From positions 32,001 to 96,000 of IMG/VR virus record IMGVR_UViG_3300046779_001735: DNA of 64,000 bases, one strand, 5' to 3'. Position 1 is the stretch's first letter. Each line of letters begins with the position of its first letter. Below, piece after piece: positions 39,382-48,590 of this stretch. The translations under genes and the position numbers were made by a program. Below the pieces are notes generated by a model. That model did not search any database, was not told the origin of the DNA, and saw nothing but the letters and a program-made list of their open reading frames with translations. The stretch comes from a virus.

Positions 39382-40124
39382 AAATTTTCAATTGCCTCTA
39401 CAATAAATTTTTGTTCTTCGCTGGCAGCATCACAGTAACGATAAACACGCAACAGCATTAAAGTTAGTAAAATAGAATTGTTAGCATCAGGCCATTGAGA
39501 CAGTAAGCCTTGCTCTAGATATTGTAATTTTTGATCAAGATCCGCTGGATTGTTTCTCAAAAACCAACCGCACTTGATGTCTTGTCTAAGTTTGCAAATA
39601 TCAAAGATATAACTATCCCAGATACCACTCTGTGCATCAATAAGATAAAAACCTTTAGTGGGGTGCCACAGTATGTTTTCAAGTGTTAGGTCGCCGTGAT
39701 AAGGACTCTTGGGTAATTTAGTGGGTATAGATTGTAAAATTTCCGCAGCGGCGAATGGCATACTATCAAGATCAATTATATCTAAAAAGTCCTCTGCTGT
39801 GGATTGATAGTTAACGGTTTCAATACACATAGTGAATTTTGTCAGCACTGACTTTAAAAAAATCAACAACGGTTCAGGATCATTATCAAGCAAATATGTA
39901 CGCATGTCAATGCCATCAACGTATTCCATGTCTATGGTATCATCAAACACATGGTATATTTCTGGCATTGGTACTGACGGAATTTGTTTTGATAATACAG
40001 TGTACCTGTCAAGATTCCTGGCAATGTTACCTTGTTTGCGTACAAACAAACGGCCGTGTTTGGTCATCAAGAAAATCTTGCTGCCACTGTGTCCGTGAAA
40101 CTGCTGTACGATACGTGCTGCCAT
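39372..40124 (-). CDS. APH/choline-kinase-like phosphotransferase
   Basis: GHSGS, HGDLTLENIL, LID, DICKLRQD. Confidence 0.8.
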   Translation of the reverse strand: MAARIVQQFHGHSGSKIFLMTKHGRLFVRKQGNIARNLDRYTVLSKQIPSVPMPEIYHVFDDTIDMEYVDGIDMRTYLLDNDPEPLLIFLKSVLTKFTMCIETVNYQSTAEDFLDIIDLDSMPFAAAEILQSIPTKLPKSPYHGDLTLENILWHPTKGFYLIDAQSGIWDSYIFDICKLRQDIKCGWFLRNNPADLDQKLQYLEQGLLSQWPDANNSILLTLMLLRVYRYCDAASEEQKFIVEAIENLWK

Positions 40125-40672
40125 TATTTTGTTGCCACCACTCTTGAGTCAATGCTACTTTTACCGTATTGGTTGGGTTGTATTTCTGTGCGAGAAAACC
40201 CTGCTTCTTGAAACATACGACACATGGCTTCAGCACTGTATCCCCATTTGTGTAACATTGTGGGATCAGGATAACGTGCTGAATCTCCGTAGATACCAGA
40301 TATTGTACGTTTGGTTAGACGCTTGTCAGTGGTCCAAAAGCAATCAGGATACTTGATTACTTCCTGGCACATTTTCAGCAGATCCGGCCACTCCATGGCA
40401 ACAGATCCTCCAGGGCGACATATTCTATAAAATTCACGGAACATAGGCATCACATATTGACGGCTGAGATGTTCTACTACATGCACAGTCAGTATTTCAT
40501 CTACTGTGTTGTCTGCCAGTGCAAATGGCTTGGTGATATCTTGTATTACAACGTCCGGATCATGCTGCATGTACTCACCATCTACGTTGATCCATCCTGC
40601 TAGTTTTACAGTGCCACAGCCAAGGTGCAAGCGCACGGGTCCAACACAGTTTTTTACAGTTTGTTCAAGCAT
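40124..40672 (-). CDS. Class I SAM-dependent methyltransferase
   Basis: LHLGCG, HVVEHL, RICRPGG. Confidence 0.85.
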   Translation of the reverse strand: MLEQTVKNCVGPVRLHLGCGTVKLAGWINVDGEYMQHDPDVVIQDITKPFALADNTVDEILTVHVVEHLSRQYVMPMFREFYRICRPGGSVAMEWPDLLKMCQEVIKYPDCFWTTDKRLTKRTISGIYGDSARYPDPTMLHKWGYSAEAMCRMFQEAGFSRTEIQPNQYGKSSIDSRVVATK

Positions 40673-41276
40673 CTTTTTTAGTTCCTAACATCATAACCAA
40701 TAGGTAAGGCAAATATTTTTTTTGACTGCCATCATCATTAATATGTATCAAAGTCCATTTACTATCGCGTCCTATCTCGCCGCGGCTGACCCAGCGTATA
40801 TCTCCACCTTGTTCTCCGGCATAAGCAAAATTGTCCCAAGTAAAGTCAGGATACAACGTTTCAACGCCACGATGACTAAATCTAAAATAGTCGTCAGGAT
40901 AAGCATGATAACGCCAGGACCAAGGCACACTGATAAACAACTGTCCGCCTGGTTTGACTACTTCTGTGATTTTTTCTGCCATGATCCAGGGTTTTGTAAC
41001 ATGTTCCATGACACTGCAACATAGCACCAAATCAAATGTGTTTTTTGGCAGTGGATTTTCATCTGCGGTTAAATCGCAAACATAGTCAACGTCTGGTCCT
41101 TCTTCAAGGTCAGTGCCAAAATACTCAACTGTGTCAGTGTGTTGGCAATTGTCACAGGGTTCAGTAAAAAACTTTCTGAATCCAGTGGTGTTGAATCTTG
41201 CTCCAACTTCTAAGATTGACCCATTGATTTTACCCACGGTTTTCTTTATATACAACAAATCATTTGGACTACCCAC
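40665..41276 (-). CDS. Class I SAM-dependent methyltransferase
   Basis: LEVGA, SVMEHV, KPGG, HAYPDDYFRF. Confidence 0.85.
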   Translation of the reverse strand: MGSPNDLLYIKKTVGKINGSILEVGARFNTTGFRKFFTEPCDNCQHTDTVEYFGTDLEEGPDVDYVCDLTADENPLPKNTFDLVLCCSVMEHVTKPWIMAEKITEVVKPGGQLFISVPWSWRYHAYPDDYFRFSHRGVETLYPDFTWDNFAYAGEQGGDIRWVSRGEIGRDSKWTLIHINDDGSQKKYLPYLLVMMLGTKKDA

Positions 41277-42210
41277 GTACTACTCCTAGCCATTGTTTTG
41301 CTATTGCTTGCGGACTATAATTATCAATAGTGTATTGTTGTCCGGATTGAATCTTTTGCAGAGTCTTACCAGGGTGTTCTTTTGCCCAGCGAATGCCTTG
41401 CATTGCATCCTGTTGCCAAGTCCAAGCATCAAACTCTAAATAACTGGCCAAGGGCGTTGTTATTACAAATCTACCACTCATCAAGCCATCAATTAATCGA
41501 TTGGCACTTTTAGTATCAGTTCTATAATTAGTATGTACCACCGGAATCAACACAATGTCTGTGTCTACTAGCAGTTGTCCTTGTAAATCCCAATTCCACT
41601 CTTGAAAATGCAGTCTATTAAAGTTCACGCCTGAAAAAACACCACGTTGTTGACGCTCCTGCATTTTGTGTTTGATACGATCAGCTTTGGCAGTGACCAT
41701 AGTGAATTGATAGTTTTTGATTTGTAATTCCAGTTGCTGCCAAAGTTCTACCCAAGGCACAAATTTTAAACTTGCACTGCTACCAAACCATAGCAAGTTA
41801 ATGTCGTTACCTGGAGCAAACTTTGGTTCTAACAGCGGGCGTTCAGCGGGATCGGGAATCACTGTGCTGTCACGTCCAGTGGTTTGACGAACACTTATTC
41901 CCATTTGTTCGCTATTGACTGTGATAGCATCGGCGGCAGCACAGCAAGGTTCGTATTCTTGTTTTTCATCAAACTTGTTGTCACATAGATCATAGATGGT
42001 ATGTGCACCAAGGCGCTTGGCTTCAAGGATGTCTGTGGGCTGCGAGTTTTTTAAGAATACAACAGTGGTGTCCGCATCAACTCCCTCAAGACTACGACCA
42101 CATGTGGCGTTGTATCCCATGCTAGCCAATGTGTTGGCCATAAGCTCACCACGCAGTCTATGGCTAGCACGTTTGTTCTTAAATCTACTGCTGAAAAATA
42201 CAATCTTCAT
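41269..42210 (-). CDS. GT-B fold glycosyltransferase (GT4-like)
   Basis: ASHRLR, IYDLCD, WFG, KSANRL...G..VI. Confidence 0.65.
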   Translation of the reverse strand: MKIVFFSSRFKNKRASHRLRGELMANTLASMGYNATCGRSLEGVDADTTVVFLKNSQPTDILEAKRLGAHTIYDLCDNKFDEKQEYEPCCAAADAITVNSEQMGISVRQTTGRDSTVIPDPAERPLLEPKFAPGNDINLLWFGSSASLKFVPWVELWQQLELQIKNYQFTMVTAKADRIKHKMQERQQRGVFSGVNFNRLHFQEWNWDLQGQLLVDTDIVLIPVVHTNYRTDTKSANRLIDGLMSGRFVITTPLASYLEFDAWTWQQDAMQGIRWAKEHPGKTLQKIQSGQQYTIDNYSPQAIAKQWLGVVRG

Positions 42211-42863
42211 TTAACGTTCCATCCCATAATCCAGTCATCTTTGACTTGATCTAGACGTACCATGCCCCATTCTTGTAGTAATCCAATAGCCGCATGTTGT
42301 TTGTATTGATCACTGTAGGCATCGTGCGGCTTTTGTTCTACAACCACAACAGGACGACATCTTAGAATAGTTTCTTTGGCGCCTTGTATAATACGATACT
42401 CAAACCCTTCGCAGTCCATCTTGATGTAATCAATGTTTTCATAGTTGTAATCGTCAAGTCTGCGTACCTCGGTATCACCGTTGCCAAAACTAGCAGGATC
42501 AATATGAGTATGACCCATGTTGTCCATGGTGATGTTCATGCGAGCAGTTGTGGCTTGATCGCCCAGCGCAATGGATTCAACTTGTAACTTGTTGCTGTTG
42601 ACATTTTTAGTCAAACAGTCACGAAATATCTCTACAGGTTCAAACGCAATTACTGATTGAAATCGTTCACATAGATCACGACTCCATAGCCCAACGTTGG
42701 CACCAATGTCCAAGGCCACTCTGAAATTTTTAACATACGTCAAACTGCGATCTCGCACTTGGTATTGATAACGTGCAGGGCCACCTTTGGCCACGCTTTT
42801 GTCTAGCATTTTTTGAAAATGTGTTTCACCTTCGGGAAACCACCAACCTCTGTGTTCTTTCAT
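42207..42863 (-). CDS. FkbM-family methyltransferase
   Basis: LDIGANVG, AFEP, IKMDCEGFE. Confidence 0.9.
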   Translation of the reverse strand: MKEHRGWWFPEGETHFQKMLDKSVAKGGPARYQYQVRDRSLTYVKNFRVALDIGANVGLWSRDLCERFQSVIAFEPVEIFRDCLTKNVNSNKLQVESIALGDQATTARMNITMDNMGHTHIDPASFGNGDTEVRRLDDYNYENIDYIKMDCEGFEYRIIQGAKETILRCRPVVVVEQKPHDAYSDQYKQHAAIGLLQEWGMVRLDQVKDDWIMGWNVK

Positions 42864-43663
42864 CTAGGCCACTCTTGTCTTATAATTGCTTCAGCAGTGC
42901 CATTGCCTAGTTCATTATTATGAAACTGTCCATAGGCAAGATGCCGACACCACTGTTGTACTAAATCCTCGTCTGGAAACCAAGGATCGTCAATTTTGGT
43001 AAAGTCTTTGTTGCTAACTGGCAGAGCAGCACTAACTGGCGCCCTTACAAATACTGGAACACCGGCCAGCACTGCTTCCACAGCAGCATTACTGTTATAG
43101 GTCACCACGGCGTGAACATCCGATAGCGCGGCACTGAAATCATTTACCAAACGTTTTTGCCGATTGGGATCACGTTGTCTAACTTCAATAGGTCGATCCG
43201 TGTGTGTTTTAATTGCACTGATAGTATCAGTTAGCCACTGTTCAAGTTCAATTCCGTATACCTGACAGGGTTTTACATCAGGTGCAGCTATTAATATTTT
43301 CTTGCCAGTTTTTTGGCGAGGATTTGGTTTTATGTTTAACCGTTCCCATCGGTCGCTTGGACGTTCAATTATTTCACTGTGTTGTATGTTGTCCGGGACC
43401 ACACGATGCCAGACTTTCCAGCCATGTGGATTCAGTGGATTGGGACGATTGCCAAAATAACCAGTGTCCATGTAAAGAAATGGTCTGGCATCTGTCCAGC
43501 AGCGTTTGTATATCTTGTGTTTAAGTATGCCGCGTAGAACCAACGGGTCTTGGTTACTATCGTAATTCCAACTTTCCAGCACAGTGGGAGCTTGTCTTGC
43601 GCCCTGGGCAAACAAATTGATATACTCGTCTACTCCACCTTTGCTAAGAAATATCCATTTCAT
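42860..43663 (-). CDS. KpsS/KpsC-like capsule-synthesis-domain glycosyltransferase
   Basis: YMDTGYFG, TDRPIEVR, VTYNSNAAVEAVLAGVP, HLAYGQF; paralog of the C-half of 33302; ATGA overlap places the start at 43663. Confidence 0.6.
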   Translation of the reverse strand: MKWIFLSKGGVDEYINLFAQGARQAPTVLESWNYDSNQDPLVLRGILKHKIYKRCWTDARPFLYMDTGYFGNRPNPLNPHGWKVWHRVVPDNIQHSEIIERPSDRWERLNIKPNPRQKTGKKILIAAPDVKPCQVYGIELEQWLTDTISAIKTHTDRPIEVRQRDPNRQKRLVNDFSAALSDVHAVVTYNSNAAVEAVLAGVPVFVRAPVSAALPVSNKDFTKIDDPWFPDEDLVQQWCRHLAYGQFHNNELGNGTAEAIIRQEWPR

Positions 43664-44505
43664 CGCAGATTCTGCCAATATGCTTCTGTTCGTTGAACTT
43701 TGATATCATGCTGTAGACTATGTCCGGCTTGCTTGCGATTGTCACCTTTGAGATGATCAAGATATGCACCCCATTCTGAGTTGATCAAGGGATGCCCTTC
43801 GCCTGGCGAATTAGCAGGACTACGACGTAGATCTCCCAGCCTTTCGCTCCAGTTCAATTCACGAAGCCCATCAATACGCTGGCGCACAGCATCAAACACA
43901 AAACTATCATGCCACTCGCCTAGAGTAAAAATTCCATTTTCAGCATCATTATACATGCGTTGGAATTCTTTTATGAATCTAGTGGTACCTTTGGTACCAA
44001 TCTGCATGGCATACAATCCGCATTCGCTAAACTTCCCAGGACGCCCAAGAAAACAAATATCTTTGTCTTCTGGGCACATTGTGTCTAAGAAAGTTTCATT
44101 TAACGAACTATGGCATACCATGTCAGCATCCATCCACAGTACCCATTGACTCTGAGCGTGCTTCACTGCATGAAACACCGCATAGACTTTGTGTGCAAAG
44201 CGCACAGCATCCCACTTGAATGATTTAGCATGATCTTTGCGTTGACCTCGTACAGGATCACCTGAGATATCTCCAGTGGCCTTGGGCACTGAACTCCAAC
44301 GATCTTTGAATGCCACTAAATCTGGGCAGGTTGATTCAAGATCCAGGATTTCTAGATTAGGTGCACGTTGTATGACCTCACAACGCTCCGCATACACCCG
44401 TAAACCTGTGCTCGAAGGCCAGGTAGCCAACCAGGTATCAATCATTCGATTGGCGTATAAGTTATATCCAGCTTGGTGGAAAGTGGTAATTACTTGATAT
44501 TTCAC
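43660..44505 (-). CDS. GT-A fold glycosyltransferase
   Basis: RFAHKV, WMDAD (DxD), SECG, EWHDS, HLKG; likely GTG start at 44505, 5 nt after a minus-strand TAAATA (44511-44516). Confidence 0.7.
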   Translation of the reverse strand: MKYQVITTFHQAGYNLYANRMIDTWLATWPSSTGLRVYAERCEVIQRAPNLEILDLESTCPDLVAFKDRWSSVPKATGDISGDPVRGQRKDHAKSFKWDAVRFAHKVYAVFHAVKHAQSQWVLWMDADMVCHSSLNETFLDTMCPEDKDICFLGRPGKFSECGLYAMQIGTKGTTRFIKEFQRMYNDAENGIFTLGEWHDSFVFDAVRQRIDGLRELNWSERLGDLRRSPANSPGEGHPLINSEWGAYLDHLKGDNRKQAGHSLQHDIKVQRTEAYWQNLR

Positions 44506-44516
44506 AAGGATATTTA

Positions 44517-45362
44517 GTGATACGTACTCTTGCCTATTTTCAAAATCTCTGCGCTTTGAACAGTCGCGAGCCGTTGGCCGCTTTTCTACAGGGCGCACAA
44601 TCACATGGGATTCAGCCCTTGCCGGATAGCATGGATGCAGATGCGGCTGTGATATGGTCAGTCTTATGGTCTGGTCGTATGCGCGGTAACCGAGAAGTAT
44701 TTCAACATTATAGATCGCAGCTGAAACCTGTGATAGTGATAGATGTTGGTGCTCTGGTTAGAAACGTCACATGGAAGGTAGCGGTTAATCATGTAACTGC
44801 GCAGGGCGCCTACGGGCATACTCATACGCTTGATTTTGATAGACCAAAAAAACTTGGTATTGCACAACACAATGTTCAACCTGGATCACCTGCTGTTTTA
44901 ATATGCAGTCAGCATGCTCAAAGTCTGCAGATGCAAAACTTTGCCAAGATTGAAGACTGGGTAAATCTTGCTGTGGCTCGTGTCAAACAACACACTGATC
45001 GACCCGTGATTATCAGGCCACATCCAAGGAGTTTACTGCGTATGAATTTCCTCACGCCCGGAATTGATATACAAGATCCACATAAACTGCCAAACACCTA
45101 TGATAGTTTTGATCTTAGATTTAACTATCATGCTATTGTTAATCATAATTCTGGCCCCGGCATTCAAGCAGCAATTAGGGGATGCAGGCCTGTGGTTGAC
45201 AGCACAAGCCTAGCCTATCCAGTGAGTGTGCAACCGGAACAACTTGAGCAGCCCTATACAGTTGATCGTGATCAATGGCTGGTAGAAATCTGTCACACTG
45301 AATACACAGTGCCTGAACTACAAGCAGGAACCTGGGTAACTAGACTAGCTGAATTTTTATGA
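44517..45362 (+). CDS. KpsS/KpsC-like capsule-synthesis-domain glycosyltransferase
   Basis: TDRPVIIRPHP, NHNSGPGIQAAIRG. Confidence 0.6.
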   Translation: MIRTLAYFQNLCALNSREPLAAFLQGAQSHGIQPLPDSMDADAAVIWSVLWSGRMRGNREVFQHYRSQLKPVIVIDVGALVRNVTWKVAVNHVTAQGAYGHTHTLDFDRPKKLGIAQHNVQPGSPAVLICSQHAQSLQMQNFAKIEDWVNLAVARVKQHTDRPVIIRPHPRSLLRMNFLTPGIDIQDPHKLPNTYDSFDLRFNYHAIVNHNSGPGIQAAIRGCRPVVDSTSLAYPVSVQPEQLEQPYTVDRDQWLVEICHTEYTVPELQAGTWVTRLAEFL

Positions 45363-46252
45363 CCGACAAACATGCAAAAAGACTAAGACGAGCAGTAGAG
45401 TATGAACTCCGACAACAGGATCAACAAAGAGAAGCTCGTGCGTTGCTCAAAGCACAAAAACGTTTGCAAAAAATACATGCACACAAAGAAAAAACACCAA
45501 CCCCGGCATTAGAGGAGCCCACACCAGCACCATTGATTGGTCCTCTACATGTGGCCTGCTTGATTCATGGGCAAGCCTATGACTGGATGTATGTAGAGCG
45601 ACTTTACAATTCTGTGCGTAGAAACACCACATACGAGATTGTGTTTCATGTGTTTACAGAATACTCACGTGAAGTGCCATCACACATGATTAAACACAAT
45701 TTGGTTGAATGGGCCGATGTACATGGCCCACGAAAGAGTTGGTGGTACAAAATGCAGATCTATAATCCAGCTCATCACAGCGGCCCATTGTTGTATTTTG
45801 ACCTAGACACAGTTATATTGAAAAATATTGACTGGATCGCTAAACTGCCCATACGATATTTTTGGGCTAGTAAGGATTTTAGGCATCTTTGGCGTCCAAA
45901 TCACAGAGGCATTAATAGTAGTGTGATGTGGTGGGACACGCAGCGATTTGATTGGATGTATCAAGAATTTGAAAAACGCAACATCTATCATCTCATGAAA
46001 CAATATCAAGGTGATCAAGACTATGCCAGCGAGCTGCTTACAGACCGAGATCTTCGCTATTTTCCGCCAAACTACACAGCCAGTTGGCGCTGGCAGTGTC
46101 TAGATGGTGGCATGGATTTTAGGACAAAAAAATACCGAGCGCCCAACACAGGCACACAGGTTGATCCCCAGACATCTATATTGATATTTCACGGATCACC
46201 CAAGCCCCATGAGCTATTGCATGATAGAGTGGTCAAGAACTTCTGGCAGTGA
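45359..46252 (+). CDS. GT8-like glycosyltransferase with a charged N-terminal extension
   Basis: YVERLYNSV, WWYKM, YFDLD, NSSVM, GDQDY, IFHGSPKPH. Confidence 0.75.
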   Translation: MTDKHAKRLRRAVEYELRQQDQQREARALLKAQKRLQKIHAHKEKTPTPALEEPTPAPLIGPLHVACLIHGQAYDWMYVERLYNSVRRNTTYEIVFHVFTEYSREVPSHMIKHNLVEWADVHGPRKSWWYKMQIYNPAHHSGPLLYFDLDTVILKNIDWIAKLPIRYFWASKDFRHLWRPNHRGINSSVMWWDTQRFDWMYQEFEKRNIYHLMKQYQGDQDYASELLTDRDLRYFPPNYTASWRWQCLDGGMDFRTKKYRAPNTGTQVDPQTSILIFHGSPKPHELLHDRVVKNFWQ

Positions 46253-46275
46253 TAAATATACTAGATATTTCAAAT

Positions 46276-46908
46276 ATGCACACACGCACTCTAACATTTA
46301 CCGGGTACAAACTTGGAACTAACAATGCTGAAATTACAGTGAGTTTTGATGGTGAAACTGTGTTTTCTGGCAGTGTAACCAATGACAGTTTGGGAACCAT
46401 TTTTACTCATACCATCCCAGTTACAAGTGTAGATTTGGCAGATTTTTCAAATCCTGGATCTGCAAACATCATCCCCATAATTACTTCTAGTCACACTGTT
46501 AGAGTAACGTGTACTCAAGGAAGCATCGCGCTTGAAACTGTTACAAGTCCTGCGCTTAACGAGACAGATAACTTTAGTGTGATTCCTGATCCACTTTGGT
46601 TTGTTGAAACTTATTCTATAATTCATGGGCAGGAGCATGATAGAACAGCACCTTTGCCGCCGGCGCCACGTGAGGCCACTGTTGATCCAAAGTATCATGT
46701 AACTCTTGATGGATCTGCTGTAAATAATCAGGTAACGTCCAACGACAATGGGCTATATACTCAAACTATTCCCACTAATTCTACATTAGAATTTAAGATC
46801 ATGATCAGGAATCTAATTGCATTTAAAGAACCAGGTTTTATACCGCCAATGGTCCTGTGGCAGCAATTAGAAAAACCGCTTAGAGGAGAAACATATGGCG
46901 ACCAGTAG
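46276..46908 (+). CDS. Hypothetical beta-rich late protein, paralog A
   Basis: TAAATA at 46253-46258; MHTRTLTFTGYKLG... Confidence 0.55.
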   Translation: MHTRTLTFTGYKLGTNNAEITVSFDGETVFSGSVTNDSLGTIFTHTIPVTSVDLADFSNPGSANIIPIITSSHTVRVTCTQGSIALETVTSPALNETDNFSVIPDPLWFVETYSIIHGQEHDRTAPLPPAPREATVDPKYHVTLDGSAVNNQVTSNDNGLYTQTIPTNSTLEFKIMIRNLIAFKEPGFIPPMVLWQQLEKPLRGETYGDQ

Positions 46909-47401
46909 AACACTTTCATTTCGTGGATACAAATTAGGTTTAGACACAGCCACAATCACTGTTACAATCAATGGACAGCAGATATACTCTGGTCCTGTTA
47001 ACAATGACACAGACGCTGAAATTTTTAGCTACATTGTACCTGTTACCGAAATAACCTCTGCGCAGATTCCGCAGGAAATGACCAATGACATCATTCCAGT
47101 GATCACTACAGAATACGCCGTGGTGGTAGAATGCACAGCTGGAACCATGAGAGTAAGTGATGTTAGAACTCCAAGACTGGATGCATTTGATGAACTGCCT
47201 TTGATTCTGGATGGTGATAATTATGGATTTCCCGGACAGCCGGCCACTAATTTTGACAGCAAATATGATGTACATTTAAACCTACAACCAATCACTGTGG
47301 AACGTTTGGAACAGGCCACTGGTGGGTGGCATCATACTGTGGCAGCAGGCAACAGACTCAGCTTCAAAATCAGGGTGATGAATCACGTGCAAATTTCGTA
47401 A
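46895..47401 (+). CDS. Hypothetical beta-rich late protein, paralog B
   Basis: MATSRTLSFRGYKLG...; GAGGAG RBS. Confidence 0.6.
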   Translation: MATSRTLSFRGYKLGLDTATITVTINGQQIYSGPVNNDTDAEIFSYIVPVTEITSAQIPQEMTNDIIPVITTEYAVVVECTAGTMRVSDVRTPRLDAFDELPLILDGDNYGFPGQPATNFDSKYDVHLNLQPITVERLEQATGGWHHTVAAGNRLSFKIRVMNHVQIS

Positions 47402-47419
47402 CATTGTTGATTTGTTAAC

Positions 47420-47447
47420 AAAAACCCTGCTTTTGTGCAGGGTTTTT
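47420..47447. terminator. Intrinsic terminator (potentially bidirectional)
   Basis: AAAAACCCTGC-TTTTGT-GCAGGGTTTTT. Confidence 0.8.
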
Positions 47448-47452
47448 CATGG

Positions 47453-47481
47453 TTGACCAATAATACCCAATTCGCTATAAT
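47453..47481 (+). promoter_or_regulatory. sigma70-type early promoter
   Basis: TTGACC-17-TATAAT. Confidence 0.8.
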
Positions 47482-47512
47482 ACTGACATACTAACAAAAC
47501 GGAGCAAAAGCA

Positions 47513-48532
47513 ATGTCTACTATTTTAGTTCGCAGCGGTGTGTACCGCAATCAGCCTGTAGTCAACCAAATCTTTACGCTGGTAAAGGGTTTCCAAAGTG
47601 GTCGCAAGGGCGGCTATGTTACAGTAAAATCAGACGGCGTGTTTGGCCCAGAATTTGATGTTGTAAGAATTCGGGTAAACGGAATTGACAGTATTGAATA
47701 CACCGCAGGAGAACCCGTGAGTAGTAATGTATTGGAAATGCCCAAAAGCACCAAGGTAGAGACCGACGAAGAAGTCATGGATCGCATTGAACAGCGTTTC
47801 AATATCCTAGACGACATGACCAAGGCCGCGATAAACGGTGACATACGTGCTATGATTGTACAAGGTCCTCCAGGTGTTGGTAAATCTTATGGTGTTGAGT
47901 TCCAATTAGAAAAGGCCGGCTTATTTGACAAAATGAGCGGCCGCAAGATCAAGTACGAAGTGATCAAAGGCGCTATGACGCCAATTGGCCTGTATGCAAC
48001 ATTGTACCGACACAGTGACCCCAAGAATGTCTTGGTGTTTGATGACTGCGACAGTATTCTGCTTGATGACCTGGCGCTGAACATTCTCAAGGCTGCATTG
48101 GATTCGGGCAAAAAACGTCGTATCCACTGGAATGCTGACTCTGCTCTGCTGCGTCGTGAAGGCATACCAGACAGTTTTGACTTCAAAGGTTCGGTAATTT
48201 TTATTACTAATCTTAAGTTCAACAACATCAAGTCTAAGAAACTGCAAGACCATTTAGAGGCATTACAGAGTCGCTGTCACTTCCTGGATCTCACACTAGA
48301 CACAACACGTGACAAGATCCTGCGTATTAGACAGATCTTTCGCAAGGGCGACTTGTTCCAGGACTACAATTTGACATCCGAACAAGGTGAACAAATTGTG
48401 CAGTTTATGCAAGACAATCATGCTAGACTGCGCGAAATAAGTCTGCGCATGGCGCTGAAGCTTGCGGATCTTACCAAGATATCCAGCAACTGGCAACAGT
48501 TGGCTGAGAGCACTTGCATGCGTCACAGTTGA
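47513..48532 (+). CDS. AAA+ ATPase with an SRC arginine-finger motif
   Basis: GPPGVGKS, LVFDDCD, IFITN, ALQSRC. Confidence 0.8.
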   Translation: MSTILVRSGVYRNQPVVNQIFTLVKGFQSGRKGGYVTVKSDGVFGPEFDVVRIRVNGIDSIEYTAGEPVSSNVLEMPKSTKVETDEEVMDRIEQRFNILDDMTKAAINGDIRAMIVQGPPGVGKSYGVEFQLEKAGLFDKMSGRKIKYEVIKGAMTPIGLYATLYRHSDPKNVLVFDDCDSILLDDLALNILKAALDSGKKRRIHWNADSALLRREGIPDSFDFKGSVIFITNLKFNNIKSKKLQDHLEALQSRCHFLDLTLDTTRDKILRIRQIFRKGDLFQDYNLTSEQGEQIVQFMQDNHARLREISLRMALKLADLTKISSNWQQLAESTCMRHS

Positions 48533-48590
48533 TTGCTCCGTGGGACTCCAGTCCCACATGATTGGGCCCTTGCTCCGGTCCAATCTTTTT
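48533..48590 (+). ncRNA. Candidate structured 3'-UTR/small RNA with CUCC-containing loops
   Basis: Two hairpins (48540-48557, 48560-48585) and TTGCTCCG twice (48533, 48570). Confidence 0.4.

Noticed and set aside
43660-44604. ORF-track start at 44604 (also 20720, 27050, 28790, 50101, 54815, 15019)
   Set aside because: Upstream extensions overlap neighbouring genes; downstream starts fit RBS, promoter spacing or ATGA coupling better
28859-46252. Island as a captured bacterial O-antigen/capsule locus or host contamination
   Set aside because: No flippase, polymerase or exporter; genes use phage TAAATA promoters and are continuous with phage core genes
28859-46252. Island as a DNA hypermodification pathway
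   Set aside because: No hydroxymethylase, thymidylate-synthase-like or deazaguanine genes in the window and promoters look late; not excluded, but less supported than protein or surface glycosylation
48540-48585. Minus-strand reading as a CsrA/RsmA-sponge RNA with GGA loops
   Set aside because: The second stem needs a G-U pair that exists only on the plus strand, the T tails are on the plus strand, and no minus-strand promoter was found; kept only as a fallback
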